Below, piece after piece: positions 18,631 to 27,890 of a DNA stretch of 64,000 bases. The position numbers and the translations under genes are program-made. Below the pieces are notes generated by a model. It was not told the DNA's origin, ran no database searches, and worked only from the letters and a program-made list of their open reading frames with translations. Source of the DNA: an uncultured Candidatus Saccharibacteria bacterium (GTDB lineage Bacteria; Patescibacteriota; Saccharimonadia; Saccharimonadales; Saccharimonadaceae); the NCBI GenBank assembly GCA_947307225.1, contig CAMZIL010000001.1, positions 220,120-284,119 on the forward strand, in the 5' to 3' direction. Numbering within the stretch: the stretch's first letter is position 1; every line of letters begins with the position of its first letter.

Positions 18631-20007
18631 ATGCCTAACAAGTGGCAGACAGTTCTGGACGAGATAAAAAACACTATCTCTGACATGGCCTTCGAAATTT
18701 ACTTCAAAGATACTAAATTCGTTTCCGAGGAAGATAATACCGTCACATTTTCTGTCTTGAATTCCCTTACGAAGTCAACTGTTGAAAAGAAATATCACGA
18801 TAAGGTTTTAGCCGCATTAAAATCTGCCGGCTTTAATTGTAATAATTTTAAGGTCATTGTAAGCAGCAATAATGCAACTAAATCCGTTATTCGCAGACCA
18901 GTAGAGGTTATTCCTGGCGCACCGGTCGAACGACGTAGCAACACTACTACTTCTATAAGCCAGAGTTTGCCGAATAGTTCTGCCTTCGCGGTTAATAATA
19001 ATGGTCTTAGCCCAAAGTACCGCTTAGATAATTATATTGTTGGCAGTAATAATGATCTTGCTGTTAGTGCGGCGCGTGCAATTATCGATAATCCTGGTAG
19101 CACCCAATATAACCCGCTCTTCCTCTATGGTGGATCTGGCTATGGTAAAACTCACCTTATCCAGGCAATCGGCAATGAATTACAAAAAAATTATCCAAAT
19201 CTAAAAATTCTCTACGTAACAATCGAGGAGTTTTACCACGATTTCGTCACGGCAATGCGCAAAAAGTTGGATGGATTCCAAAATAAATATCGCAAGCTAG
19301 ACGTTTTGATCGTTGATGATTTCCAGTTTATTGAAGGTAAGCAGGCATCTCAAGACGAGTTCTTCCATACCTTCAATGAACTATATAAGCAAAACAAACA
19401 AGTCATCGTCAGCGCAGATAGGCTCCCTAGCCAGATTGCCACAGTCGACCCTCGTCTAGCATCTCGCCTCACGATGGGTATTTCTATAGATATCCAGCTA
19501 CCAGATTTTGAAACGCGCTGTGCAATTTTAAAGGCAAAAGCGGATCTTCTGGGGGAAACTGTCGATAACGCAACTATTGAATATTTGGCTGAAAACTTCA
19601 GCACTAATATCCGAGATCTCGAAGGTGAACTAAACCGCGTCCTATTACTCGCAAACGTGAGAGGCGTCCCCACAAGTGAAGTCATCGGAGAAATTACGCC
19701 AGTTGTTCAGAGTGTACATAGAATTTCATCCAAGCAACTAATCGATCGTGTAGCCAAGTACTATAACCTCACATCTAAAGATCTCCTTGGCACGAGCCGC
19801 ATGAAGGATATTAAAAATGCGCGCCAAGTCGCTATGTATCTCATGAATGAAGAGCTTGGGCTCAGTACCGTTAAGATTGGTAATGAGTTTAATAAAGATC
19901 ACACTACTATCATGCACGGCATTAAGGTTGTAAAAGAAAATATCCAGAAAGACTTTAGCGTCCGCGAGCAAATATCAGAGTTGAGGGGAAAAATTTATGC
20001 CAACTAA
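18631..20007 (+). CDS. dnaA: Chromosomal replication initiator protein DnaA
   Basis: 458 aa. Walker A GGSGYGKTHL, box VII/sensor motifs (IRDLEG), and the C-terminal DNA-binding helix (ARQVAMYL...DHTTIMHG). Confidence 0.97.
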   Translation: MPNKWQTVLDEIKNTISDMAFEIYFKDTKFVSEEDNTVTFSVLNSLTKSTVEKKYHDKVLAALKSAGFNCNNFKVIVSSNNATKSVIRRPVEVIPGAPVERRSNTTTSISQSLPNSSAFAVNNNGLSPKYRLDNYIVGSNNDLAVSAARAIIDNPGSTQYNPLFLYGGSGYGKTHLIQAIGNELQKNYPNLKILYVTIEEFYHDFVTAMRKKLDGFQNKYRKLDVLIVDDFQFIEGKQASQDEFFHTFNELYKQNKQVIVSADRLPSQIATVDPRLASRLTMGISIDIQLPDFETRCAILKAKADLLGETVDNATIEYLAENFSTNIRDLEGELNRVLLLANVRGVPTSEVIGEITPVVQSVHRISSKQLIDRVAKYYNLTSKDLLGTSRMKDIKNARQVAMYLMNEELGLSTVKIGNEFNKDHTTIMHGIKVVKENIQKDFSVREQISELRGKIYAN

Positions 20008-20259
20008 TTGTGTAAAACTTGTATATAAGTCGGTAGAAAAGTGTGCGAAAAATCCGTGCAAGAAAAATGTGAATAATTTCAATTTAAATGCATTTATTCA
20101 ACTTTTTAACCAAAATTCCCAACTTTTAAATAGTTTTTCGCAAGTCTTTTCAACCCTCAAAAATAGCTTTTCTTATCTATTAAATTCTAGTTTTGCACTT
20201 TTTACACAGACATCTACTATTACTACTAATATTATTAAGGGATTTTAAAAGGAGGATAA
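20008..20259. promoter_or_regulatory. oriC part 2 (dnaA-dnaN spacer): degenerate DnaA boxes and an AT-rich candidate unwinding region
   Basis: Box-like 9-mers are TGTGTAAAA (20009-20017), TGTGCGAAA (20042-20050), TGTGAATAA (20068-20076) and TTTTACACA (20200-20208). They flank a very AT-rich tract at about 20085-20200. Confidence 0.55.
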
Positions 20260-21363
20260 ATGGAAGTAGAAGTTTTACAAGAACGACTCGCTAAGGCACT
20301 AAGTGTAGTAAGTCGTGTAGCGGCAAGCACTAAGGCTGGCTTACCAATTCTTAGTAACGTATTATTGAGAGCCGAAGATAAACAGTTAACTTTAACTGCA
20401 ACAAATCTAGAGCTAGCGACAGTCGAATATGTAAATGCGAAGATTATTAAGAATGGTACAATCACTGTTCCAGCAAGACTTCTTGCAGATTTTATCTCTA
20501 ACCTCCCAAAAGAAACTATCAAATTAAGTGTAGATGGCGAAAAACTAACCGTTGCTGCTGGTAAATATAAATCCACAATTAATGGCATTTTGGCCGATGA
20601 CTTCCCTGAACTCCCTACGATTGATGAAAAAAGCGCAGTTGCCTTTAAAATCCCTGCAGATATTTTTAAAGAGGCAATTAATCAGGTAATTATTGCTAGT
20701 AGTAATGATACTACTCGTCCAGCATTGACCGGTGTCTTCTTTAATACTTTTGAGGGTGCTCTATATATTGCCGCAACGGATGGTTATCGTTTGGCGGACA
20801 GAAAGTTTGTTGACGATGTTAAGAGTGAGATAAAAGCAATTGTTCCAACACCAGCGCTTCGCGAAGTTTTGAGCTCTATTACCGATAGCGTTGAGGATGT
20901 AGAGGTGATGATTATTGATACGCAGATCCAATTTAGAATTGGCGAGGTGGAAGTTACGTCTAAATTGATTGATGCTAGCTTCCCTGATTATCGCCAGTTA
21001 ATTCCTAAAGACACTAATGCGAAAGCGGAGCTTGATAAGGCTGAATTAGTAAGAATGACAAAGGTTGCAGCATTGTTTGCGCGCGAGTCCGGCGGATCGG
21101 TTGTTTGTGAAGCAAAGAAGGCTGAGAATTCCTTTGGTGTTTCCGCAGTAGCAAGCGAAGTTGGCGAAAACTCCGCAACGATGGAAGCGAAGGTTTCTGA
21201 TGATGGCAAAGTAACACTCAATTCGCGCTACCTACTGGATGCTCTAAATGTAATGGCCGAGAATGAAGTGGAGTTTAATTTCTCTGGTAAGATTTCCCCG
21301 GTGGTGATTAGAAATATTAAGAATGACAATTACACGCATATTATTATGCCGCTCAAGAGCTAA
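20260..21363 (+). CDS. dnaN: DNA polymerase III beta sliding clamp
   Basis: 367 aa. Three-domain clamp pattern (LSNVLL...LTLTATNLE; TRPALTGVFF; DGYRLA; the end MPLKS) and dnaA-dnaN-recF synteny. Confidence 0.95.
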   Translation: MEVEVLQERLAKALSVVSRVAASTKAGLPILSNVLLRAEDKQLTLTATNLELATVEYVNAKIIKNGTITVPARLLADFISNLPKETIKLSVDGEKLTVAAGKYKSTINGILADDFPELPTIDEKSAVAFKIPADIFKEAINQVIIASSNDTTRPALTGVFFNTFEGALYIAATDGYRLADRKFVDDVKSEIKAIVPTPALREVLSSITDSVEDVEVMIIDTQIQFRIGEVEVTSKLIDASFPDYRQLIPKDTNAKAELDKAELVRMTKVAALFARESGGSVVCEAKKAENSFGVSAVASEVGENSATMEAKVSDDGKVTLNSRYLLDALNVMAENEVEFNFSGKISPVVIRNIKNDNYTHIIMPLKS

Positions 21364-22388
21364 TGAATATCATTCAAAAAATTAGTCTTAAAAATTTCCG
21401 TTGTCACGAAGATTTTGTATTGGACTGTAATCGTCCTACGACTTTGATTATTGGTGAAAATGGAAGTGGAAAAACCTCCGTGCTTGAGGCAATATATATG
21501 GCTTTGCGCGGAAAAAGTTTTAAGGCGGTTGACGATGATATTTTACGGAGAGATGCGGAGTTTTATCGGATAGAAGTGGATTTATGTGATGCAAAGAAGG
21601 TAATAATTCGTTATAATCCGGTTCTCAATAAAAAAGAATTTGAGATAGACGGTAAGAAAAGTATTAGGTTGCCGAAAAAAGATCGATACCCTGTTGTGCT
21701 TTTTGAGCCAAATAACATTTATTTAATAGAATCATCTCCTTCGCGTAGACGCGATTACTTTGATGAGTTATTTAAGCAGATTGATAATAACTATACGGTA
21801 ATACTTGGACGCTATAATAAGGCTCTGAAACAGCGAAATGATTTGCTAAAAAATGAGACTATTTCTAAGGACGATTTGTTCTCGTGGGATATTCTTTGTG
21901 CACAATATGGATCACAAATAAAAGCGACGCGCAAAAGAATTTTAGACAAAATCAATGAGCGGATGACTGATAACTATCGTTGGATAGCAAAAAATAATGA
22001 TAGCTGCTCTATAAAATATGCTGGCGATATAGTCGATGAAAATGAATATTTGGCGCGCCTTGCTAAAAATTACGAGAAGGATAAAGTGTTCGGTTATACT
22101 TCATTCGGCGCACACAGAGATGATTATGAGTTTATTTTTAATAATGCGTCGGCAGATGGGTCCGCTTCGCGTGGCGAAATGAGGAGTATTATTTTGGCGC
22201 TCAAATTTATTGAGGCTAAAATTCTCGAGGAAGAAACTGGTGATAGACCAGTAGTATTACTTGATGATATCTTTTCGGAATTAGATGATGCACGTCAAAA
22301 ACATCTAGTACAAAACTTTAAAGATTATCAGATGATCATTACTAGTACGAATGTTCCGGCGGAAATGACAGTTAGTAAGAATTTATAG
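21363..22388 (+). CDS. recF: DNA replication/repair protein RecF
   Basis: 341 aa. Walker A GENGSGKTSVLEA, an SMC-like signature, Walker B VVLLDDIFSELD. Its start overlaps the dnaN stop (TAATG). Confidence 0.9.
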   Translation: MNIIQKISLKNFRCHEDFVLDCNRPTTLIIGENGSGKTSVLEAIYMALRGKSFKAVDDDILRRDAEFYRIEVDLCDAKKVIIRYNPVLNKKEFEIDGKKSIRLPKKDRYPVVLFEPNNIYLIESSPSRRRDYFDELFKQIDNNYTVILGRYNKALKQRNDLLKNETISKDDLFSWDILCAQYGSQIKATRKRILDKINERMTDNYRWIAKNNDSCSIKYAGDIVDENEYLARLAKNYEKDKVFGYTSFGAHRDDYEFIFNNASADGSASRGEMRSIILALKFIEAKILEEETGDRPVVLLDDIFSELDDARQKHLVQNFKDYQMIITSTNVPAEMTVSKNL

Positions 22389-23286
22389 TATCTAGAGTTT
22401 CTTTTTTGATACCGGGCGCATTGTAGATAGTAAATAGTGGCTGTGGGGTTGCAACAATTTCCCAATCGCCATCATCTTTTTTCTGAAGAATAATTCGGTA
22501 GTGCCCATAGGTTGTGTCATTTTTATAGTCGTTGACGTATGCGCTCGTGTAATAATATTTCCCTACTTGTTGAACTTCGTCGATGACGTAATTGTCTGAT
22601 AGGTTATAAGCTAGGCGAACGAATTTTTTTACATCAGTAACTGGATTTTGCTGATATTCTTTAGTGAATGGATTTTTGGTGTGAAAAACAATATTTTGGC
22701 TGCTTAGGTCGACATTTTTGATGGTTTTTAGTTTTGCTACTGCAACATCAAGATATTTTGGTTCAGCCTTAACGTCTATAATTGGTTTATTTTCATCATC
22801 ATAACGATAGCTAATGGAATAAAGTGAATTATTCATTGGCAAGTAAGTGAGGATAGGATAATCTAGTTTGATTTTTTGGCCCTGGCGGTTAAGTAGGTCG
22901 CCAACTAAGCCTTCAACTTTTGCAAACTCTTCGCGATGTTGGGTAATGTATTCTTTGCCCTCGTCGTCGAGCGCATTGAGAGTTCCGTATAGTTCGGCAT
23001 CTTCTTCAGTGATTTCAACATCCCTTTCATATACTTCGAAATGATTATTGTAGCTGACTTTTAGATGATACTGACCCGGTAATAGCCAGTTAGTAGAGTT
23101 ATTGGCGATGCGCGTATCGTTTAGTGTGACGGTGGCTGTATTTGGCGCAAATCTAACAATAGTTTTAGTCTTTCCGGAGCGATAAATCATCGTTGCGAGC
23201 GAGTAGAAAATGATAATTACCAAGAGCGCTGCGGATAGTATTAGTAGTGTTTTTACTCTTTTGTTTTGAATGTTTATTTTCTTCAT
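22372..23286 (-). CDS. Membrane-anchored protein with a PEGA-like beta domain; last gene of the T4SS-like operon
   Basis: The track ORF extends to 23298. The ATG at 23286 (MKKINIQNKRVKT...) forms a TAATG overlap with the upstream hydrolase stop. One TM helix, then VTLNDTRIANNSTNWLLPGQYHLKVSYNNHFEVYERDVEI, which resembles a PEGA domain. Confidence 0.5.
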   Translation of the reverse strand: MKKINIQNKRVKTLLILSAALLVIIIFYSLATMIYRSGKTKTIVRFAPNTATVTLNDTRIANNSTNWLLPGQYHLKVSYNNHFEVYERDVEITEEDAELYGTLNALDDEGKEYITQHREEFAKVEGLVGDLLNRQGQKIKLDYPILTYLPMNNSLYSISYRYDDENKPIIDVKAEPKYLDVAVAKLKTIKNVDLSSQNIVFHTKNPFTKEYQQNPVTDVKKFVRLAYNLSDNYVIDEVQQVGKYYYTSAYVNDYKNDTTYGHYRIILQKKDDGDWEIVATPQPLFTIYNAPGIKKETLDTINSY

Positions 23287-25067
23287 TAGTTGCTCCAAAC
23301 CGTATTTTGCAGATTTTGCTGATAGCTTGTGCCGTTGCCGGAAGAGTACTTTGGATTGCGGTACCAGCGAACAATTACGCCGTTGCCGTGGATAAGATCT
23401 TCGCGGCCAGCCATTGGTGCGCGACCAGAGCTAAAGCTATAGGAAGCAGAGGCAATGACGGAATCGAAACCTTGGATTTCGCCGACATAAATAAAGGTGT
23501 GGCCGCTGGAAAATGCGATGTCTCCAGCCTGAAGGATACTTGTGTCGACTGGCGTTCCTTCAGATCCATTCAAGAGACGCCAACCGTTTCTTTTTACCCA
23601 AGCTTCCTGTTCGCCGGTTGCGCCGTTGCCGTCATTATAATTTGGTTCGAGGCCAGAGTTTTGAGTAATAACAGTAACGAAGCCGCCACAGTCGATACCA
23701 GGCACGCCATTAACGGAACCGCCGACATAACGTCCTTCACTGATGGATTTTGTGACAGCATTGGCGTATTCCGGCATGCGCTGTAGATATGGGCCCTTGT
23801 GGTATTCTGGCCAAGCGTATGCTTTGACGAGGCTTTCGAAGTTCCCGTTTATTGCGCAGCCCTTGGAATTAATGTTGCTGTTTACGGTGTCATAAAGTGT
23901 CTTTGCAAATAGTTTTGCGCCTTCATCATTAGGGTGAATATAATCATACAAATATTTATCGGCTTTGCCAGCAACTTCTTTTGCCCAGTCAGCAACAACG
24001 ATATTGGAGTTTTTATTTGCAAACTCAAAGAAGAGATCATTGTTTGATTTATAGTTATTAGTTGTGCTCCAATCGGTAACAAAAGTAATGTTTTTATTGG
24101 TGCCGATGGCTTTAATGGCATTGTCAATATCTTGAGAAGTGAGGTTTGAACTGTTTGCGCCAAGTGCGAAGATCACATTATCCTTAATGTCTTTTTTGCT
24201 CTTTGCAATATCGACTGCTTCGTTCCATTTGCGTCCATTTTGCGCATAGATGTCTTTTTCGGTTAGATCTGGGAATTGTGCAAGCAAAGCGGTTTTTGAA
24301 GCAACGGTAATTGAATCGCCGAAGATAGTGAGATTTTTGCCGTCTTCTTTTGAGCTACTGGCAGTACTTCTGCCCTTGCCGGCAAATTCATCGTAGAATT
24401 CACGAGCATATTTGCGGCGGTTTGCAGTGCCCTGATAATAAAGACCAATGTATGGCGTGTAATAAAGAATTGGGCTTTCACCGTTAACGGCGCGTTCGAA
24501 AATTGCAAGGAATGCTTCGGCTGCTGCTTCTGGCGTCGTTTGCTTTTTGACCTCGGTTTGCCAGTCGTAATCATTTTCTGTGAGCGACAGCTCCAACTCG
24601 ATTTCGAGAATTCGATCGAGATCATTTTCTGGAATCTTTTTAGAAGCACCAGCTGGCCAGTATTCTGGCTGTGTGTATTGTCCTAGTCCGGCGTCGGTAA
24701 GTTTATTAATCAACTGAGTACGACGGCTATGACCCCATTGAAATAGACCGAAGAATGATGAATTACTTGCGCGGGTTGGTTCGAGACCGGTTTCTTGCTT
24801 TGCGTTGCCGAGGATACCAGCAGCCTGTGCGTCATTGAAGCCGTTGTCGATATAGAAGTTCCAGATCTTTTCTTCAATAGTATTGCCGGTGAGTTTTGTT
24901 GACGAAGAGCCGCAGAGATCGTCGCTACCGTTTGGGTTGTAATAGTAAATACCGCTACTATCGAACATATCCAAGACATCGTCGTCTGGAAGCGCGGCAA
25001 AAGCCGGCTCGGAAATTAATACTGCCGCGATGATCATTAGAATGGTTGATTTCAGAATGGTTTTCAT
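23286..25067 (-). CDS. Secreted three-domain cell-wall hydrolase: lysozyme-like + SGNH/GDSL esterase + NlpC/P60 peptidase
   Basis: 593 aa with a signal peptide (MKTILKSTILMIIAAVLISEPAFA). The N-domain GILGNAKQETGLEP...FGLFQW resembles the phage-tail-lysozyme family. The middle domain has LTIFGDSITVA (SGNH block I) and DYIHPNDEG (block V). The C-domain has GIDCGGFV (Cys) and SSGHTFIYVG (His) of NlpC/P60. ATGA overlap with 25064..27841. Confidence 0.75.
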   Translation of the reverse strand: MKTILKSTILMIIAAVLISEPAFAALPDDDVLDMFDSSGIYYYNPNGSDDLCGSSSTKLTGNTIEEKIWNFYIDNGFNDAQAAGILGNAKQETGLEPTRASNSSFFGLFQWGHSRRTQLINKLTDAGLGQYTQPEYWPAGASKKIPENDLDRILEIELELSLTENDYDWQTEVKKQTTPEAAAEAFLAIFERAVNGESPILYYTPYIGLYYQGTANRRKYAREFYDEFAGKGRSTASSSKEDGKNLTIFGDSITVASKTALLAQFPDLTEKDIYAQNGRKWNEAVDIAKSKKDIKDNVIFALGANSSNLTSQDIDNAIKAIGTNKNITFVTDWSTTNNYKSNNDLFFEFANKNSNIVVADWAKEVAGKADKYLYDYIHPNDEGAKLFAKTLYDTVNSNINSKGCAINGNFESLVKAYAWPEYHKGPYLQRMPEYANAVTKSISEGRYVGGSVNGVPGIDCGGFVTVITQNSGLEPNYNDGNGATGEQEAWVKRNGWRLLNGSEGTPVDTSILQAGDIAFSSGHTFIYVGEIQGFDSVIASASYSFSSGRAPMAGREDLIHGNGVIVRWYRNPKYSSGNGTSYQQNLQNTVWSN

Positions 25068-27841
25068 ACGAGGTAATTCCTTTTATCGATGAAGATTTGT
25101 TCGATGGTTGGAATAATTGCGACGGGATTTGAGATTGTTTCGTCGGAAAAGTCGTAATTTTCCGCTTTCGGCTTTTCTCCGCCAAATGAGTAGCGTGTGG
25201 ATGGATCATATTTTGCCATCTGATCCGAGTAGCGCACATATTCGAGGAGGAAGGCGATGTCGTCTTTGCTTTGACCGGTAATGCGAGCTAGTGTCCCTTC
25301 GAATGAAGTGTCGGTTGGGTGTTCTTTATCAAATTCTTTTTGATAAGCCAAAACAGGATTGGACTCTTCTTTGTCATCGTCCATACCGCTAATGATGCGC
25401 ATATCTTCTACGTAGCGCTGATAGTATTTGATTTCGTTTTCCCAACGAGGGTTTTCTGGACCCATGCGGCACCAGTCACCGGTGCCCCAATCGTGGTTAG
25501 CGGTATCTTCGGCGGCGTTATAAATATCAACCATGTCCTCTATGATGAAGGCGTTATTACCAATCGTACCAAAGTCGGTCTGCAATGCGTTCATGACATT
25601 AACGTCGAGGACGCCCCATGGCGACTCGCGTTCAACGCAGGCAGTAATAAACTTTGCGAGCTCGGATCCTTTTTTGATTTTGCCATCTTCGTCGAGATTT
25701 GGTTCGATGACTGCAATGTATTGTGGGTCACTCGGATCGAGATCAATAGTCGAATAATCCATGCCGACAATTTCTTGGTCATACATATCGCAGACGGTAT
25801 TATCTAGAGCTTCTGCGCCTGTACAATCGGTATAGTGTGACGTGTAGACATCGGAATTATCATAGGCGGAGCTTGTTGGTAGAAATACGTTTGTTGATTT
25901 CTTGAAGACGTTTGCGAAGTTAGACAATAAGCTAAAGGTGTTAGTCGTATAGGACATGAAGGCAAACTTCGAAAGCAAGGATCCAAGGAAAGTATTTTTG
26001 CTTGTAATGTCGAATGGGCTGCGGTGGAGACGGTCAATTTCTGCTTCTTGCGCAAGTGCAAGAGCGGTCTCGTTGTTTTGGCGTTTAATGTATTCTTCGG
26101 ACGCCGGCATATAAGCACTGGCTTGAGTTGCGAGTTTGAAGTTGGCGGCGGCGCCTCCCTGCGAGAAGAGCTCGCCGGCCGGAATGCCAGTGTAAGATTC
26201 GAAAATGTTGCCTGCAAATATTTTAGCGACGTACGGGATAATGGCGCTAACAACTGCGCTGACGACGCCGGTAATAATAATGCTGCCGACGGTTTTTGCG
26301 ACCGCAGTAACTACAAAGTTTGCTAGAGTGCCGCCCGGAACTGCGTTTGAAACGAGAGACATCACTGCGGAAGCAGCCAAGACGCCGTTACAGGTGGCAT
26401 TTGTGGCGCCGCTTGCGATTGCAATTGTCGTGGCGGCACGCGTAACGGTTTTAATGGAGTATGGTGCGGTATTTTTTGGGTCGGAAGGTGTGTTGCCGAG
26501 GACGAGTTTTGCGCCGTCAGATTGTAGTGGAGAGCCGGTTACTTCCTTTTCTTCGGTCGTACCGTCGTCGTTAACGTATTGAATTTTGTTTGTAGTTTCG
26601 CCAGTGAGGAAGTTTAGAACTTCGTTAATGGCTGAAGCGTCGCCCTCGCCTGCCATCATTTTGCTAATAGACTCCATGAGGCTAAGGAAGTATGCGGTTG
26701 ATTGAAATATTTGATAGGCTGAGACTGTAATGGCGGCCATGTTGGCGAGTTTTAATGCGGAACAAATTGGTACGCCTGCACCGACGACTTTGTTTGCCAT
26801 GCCGTTCACCATAGAACGAGCTTTTGCTTCTGGCGTGTCGCCTTCGAGCTTTCTAGTATCAACATCGTCACTCTTCGTGAGGCGCTCTTCACCGGTTTCT
26901 TCGTCGGTTGTGCGATTAACGGAGTTGAATTTTGAATCGGTACCGGTTACGCGATCGGAAACGGTATCTTTGAAGGCTTTTGTATCAGTCTCATTGTCGC
27001 CAGTAGTTTTATGTTTGTCAAAAATATCACGCGTTGCGCCCTTCTTTTTGTAGTAATAGTCGGCGGAATCATCAAAGAAGCCAGCTACGCGACCGCGCTT
27101 TGCTTTATAGTAGGATTCGCGGAAATTAGCGTCGCTGACAAACTTGTTTTGGAATGCGTTTGCGTCGATAGTTTCGTTGTTATAACGAAGAACGGTCTTC
27201 GAGGTCGATGGTTTAAGGCCGTTATCAACATGGAAAACGCCGTCCGCATCAAGATGGCCAACTTCAATGCCGTTCTTTTTGAGGCGCGTCTTCATGTAAG
27301 GCGTGAAAGTAGTATAGCGTTTGCTAAAGCGACTGATGGTGATTTGGTCGCCACCGTTAATGAGATACTTGAAAATGCGCGCATTGCGGGAGTTGTAGGA
27401 AGTAAACTGAAGATCGGTAGCCTCAGTGTATAAGCTGGATAGATGAGGGCCAAGAATGGACTGCGAAGCATAGAAGAGTGCGCCGCCGCCAAATAGGAGG
27501 CTCATGATGATCGTGATTGGCGCAACGCGACGTTTGAAGTTGCCCTTGCCCTTTCCGCCCTTGGCGGTAGCTTTAGTTTTGCGTGATGCATTGCGGCCAG
27601 TGACAGAATTGCGAAAAGAGCCGTAGTTGCGAACGCGTTCACGTTCAACACTCTTTAGGTTTTCGATAGCGCGATCAGAAAAGCGTTCTGGAGAGGATTC
27701 GTCAGAGGTAGATGCGGATTTTTCTGCATCAGAAAGTTCTTGGCGCGCGATATAATCCGGCCTAATTTCAGGAGCCTCCATACCGTTGTATGGATCGTGC
27801 CTGCCGCGATACTTTTTACCACCTGAATTGTCTGACGACAT
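25064..27841 (-). CDS. Large polytopic membrane protein of the T4SS-like operon (family unknown); paralog of 1..2330
   Basis: 925 aa. Basic N-terminus, a TM helix (APITIIMSLLFGGGALFYA), a roughly 230-aa exposed region, a cluster of Gly/Ala-rich TM helices, and a roughly 330-aa C-terminal domain. Lies between the virB4-like gene and the hydrolase gene. Confidence 0.7.
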   Translation of the reverse strand: MSSDNSGGKKYRGRHDPYNGMEAPEIRPDYIARQELSDAEKSASTSDESSPERFSDRAIENLKSVERERVRNYGSFRNSVTGRNASRKTKATAKGGKGKGNFKRRVAPITIIMSLLFGGGALFYASQSILGPHLSSLYTEATDLQFTSYNSRNARIFKYLINGGDQITISRFSKRYTTFTPYMKTRLKKNGIEVGHLDADGVFHVDNGLKPSTSKTVLRYNNETIDANAFQNKFVSDANFRESYYKAKRGRVAGFFDDSADYYYKKKGATRDIFDKHKTTGDNETDTKAFKDTVSDRVTGTDSKFNSVNRTTDEETGEERLTKSDDVDTRKLEGDTPEAKARSMVNGMANKVVGAGVPICSALKLANMAAITVSAYQIFQSTAYFLSLMESISKMMAGEGDASAINEVLNFLTGETTNKIQYVNDDGTTEEKEVTGSPLQSDGAKLVLGNTPSDPKNTAPYSIKTVTRAATTIAIASGATNATCNGVLAASAVMSLVSNAVPGGTLANFVVTAVAKTVGSIIITGVVSAVVSAIIPYVAKIFAGNIFESYTGIPAGELFSQGGAAANFKLATQASAYMPASEEYIKRQNNETALALAQEAEIDRLHRSPFDITSKNTFLGSLLSKFAFMSYTTNTFSLLSNFANVFKKSTNVFLPTSSAYDNSDVYTSHYTDCTGAEALDNTVCDMYDQEIVGMDYSTIDLDPSDPQYIAVIEPNLDEDGKIKKGSELAKFITACVERESPWGVLDVNVMNALQTDFGTIGNNAFIIEDMVDIYNAAEDTANHDWGTGDWCRMGPENPRWENEIKYYQRYVEDMRIISGMDDDKEESNPVLAYQKEFDKEHPTDTSFEGTLARITGQSKDDIAFLLEYVRYSDQMAKYDPSTRYSFGGEKPKAENYDFSDETISNPVAIIPTIEQIFIDKRNYLV

Positions 27842-27890
27842 ATCTCTTTAATTATACAATTTTTCAGAGAGATTGTCGACGATAAACACT

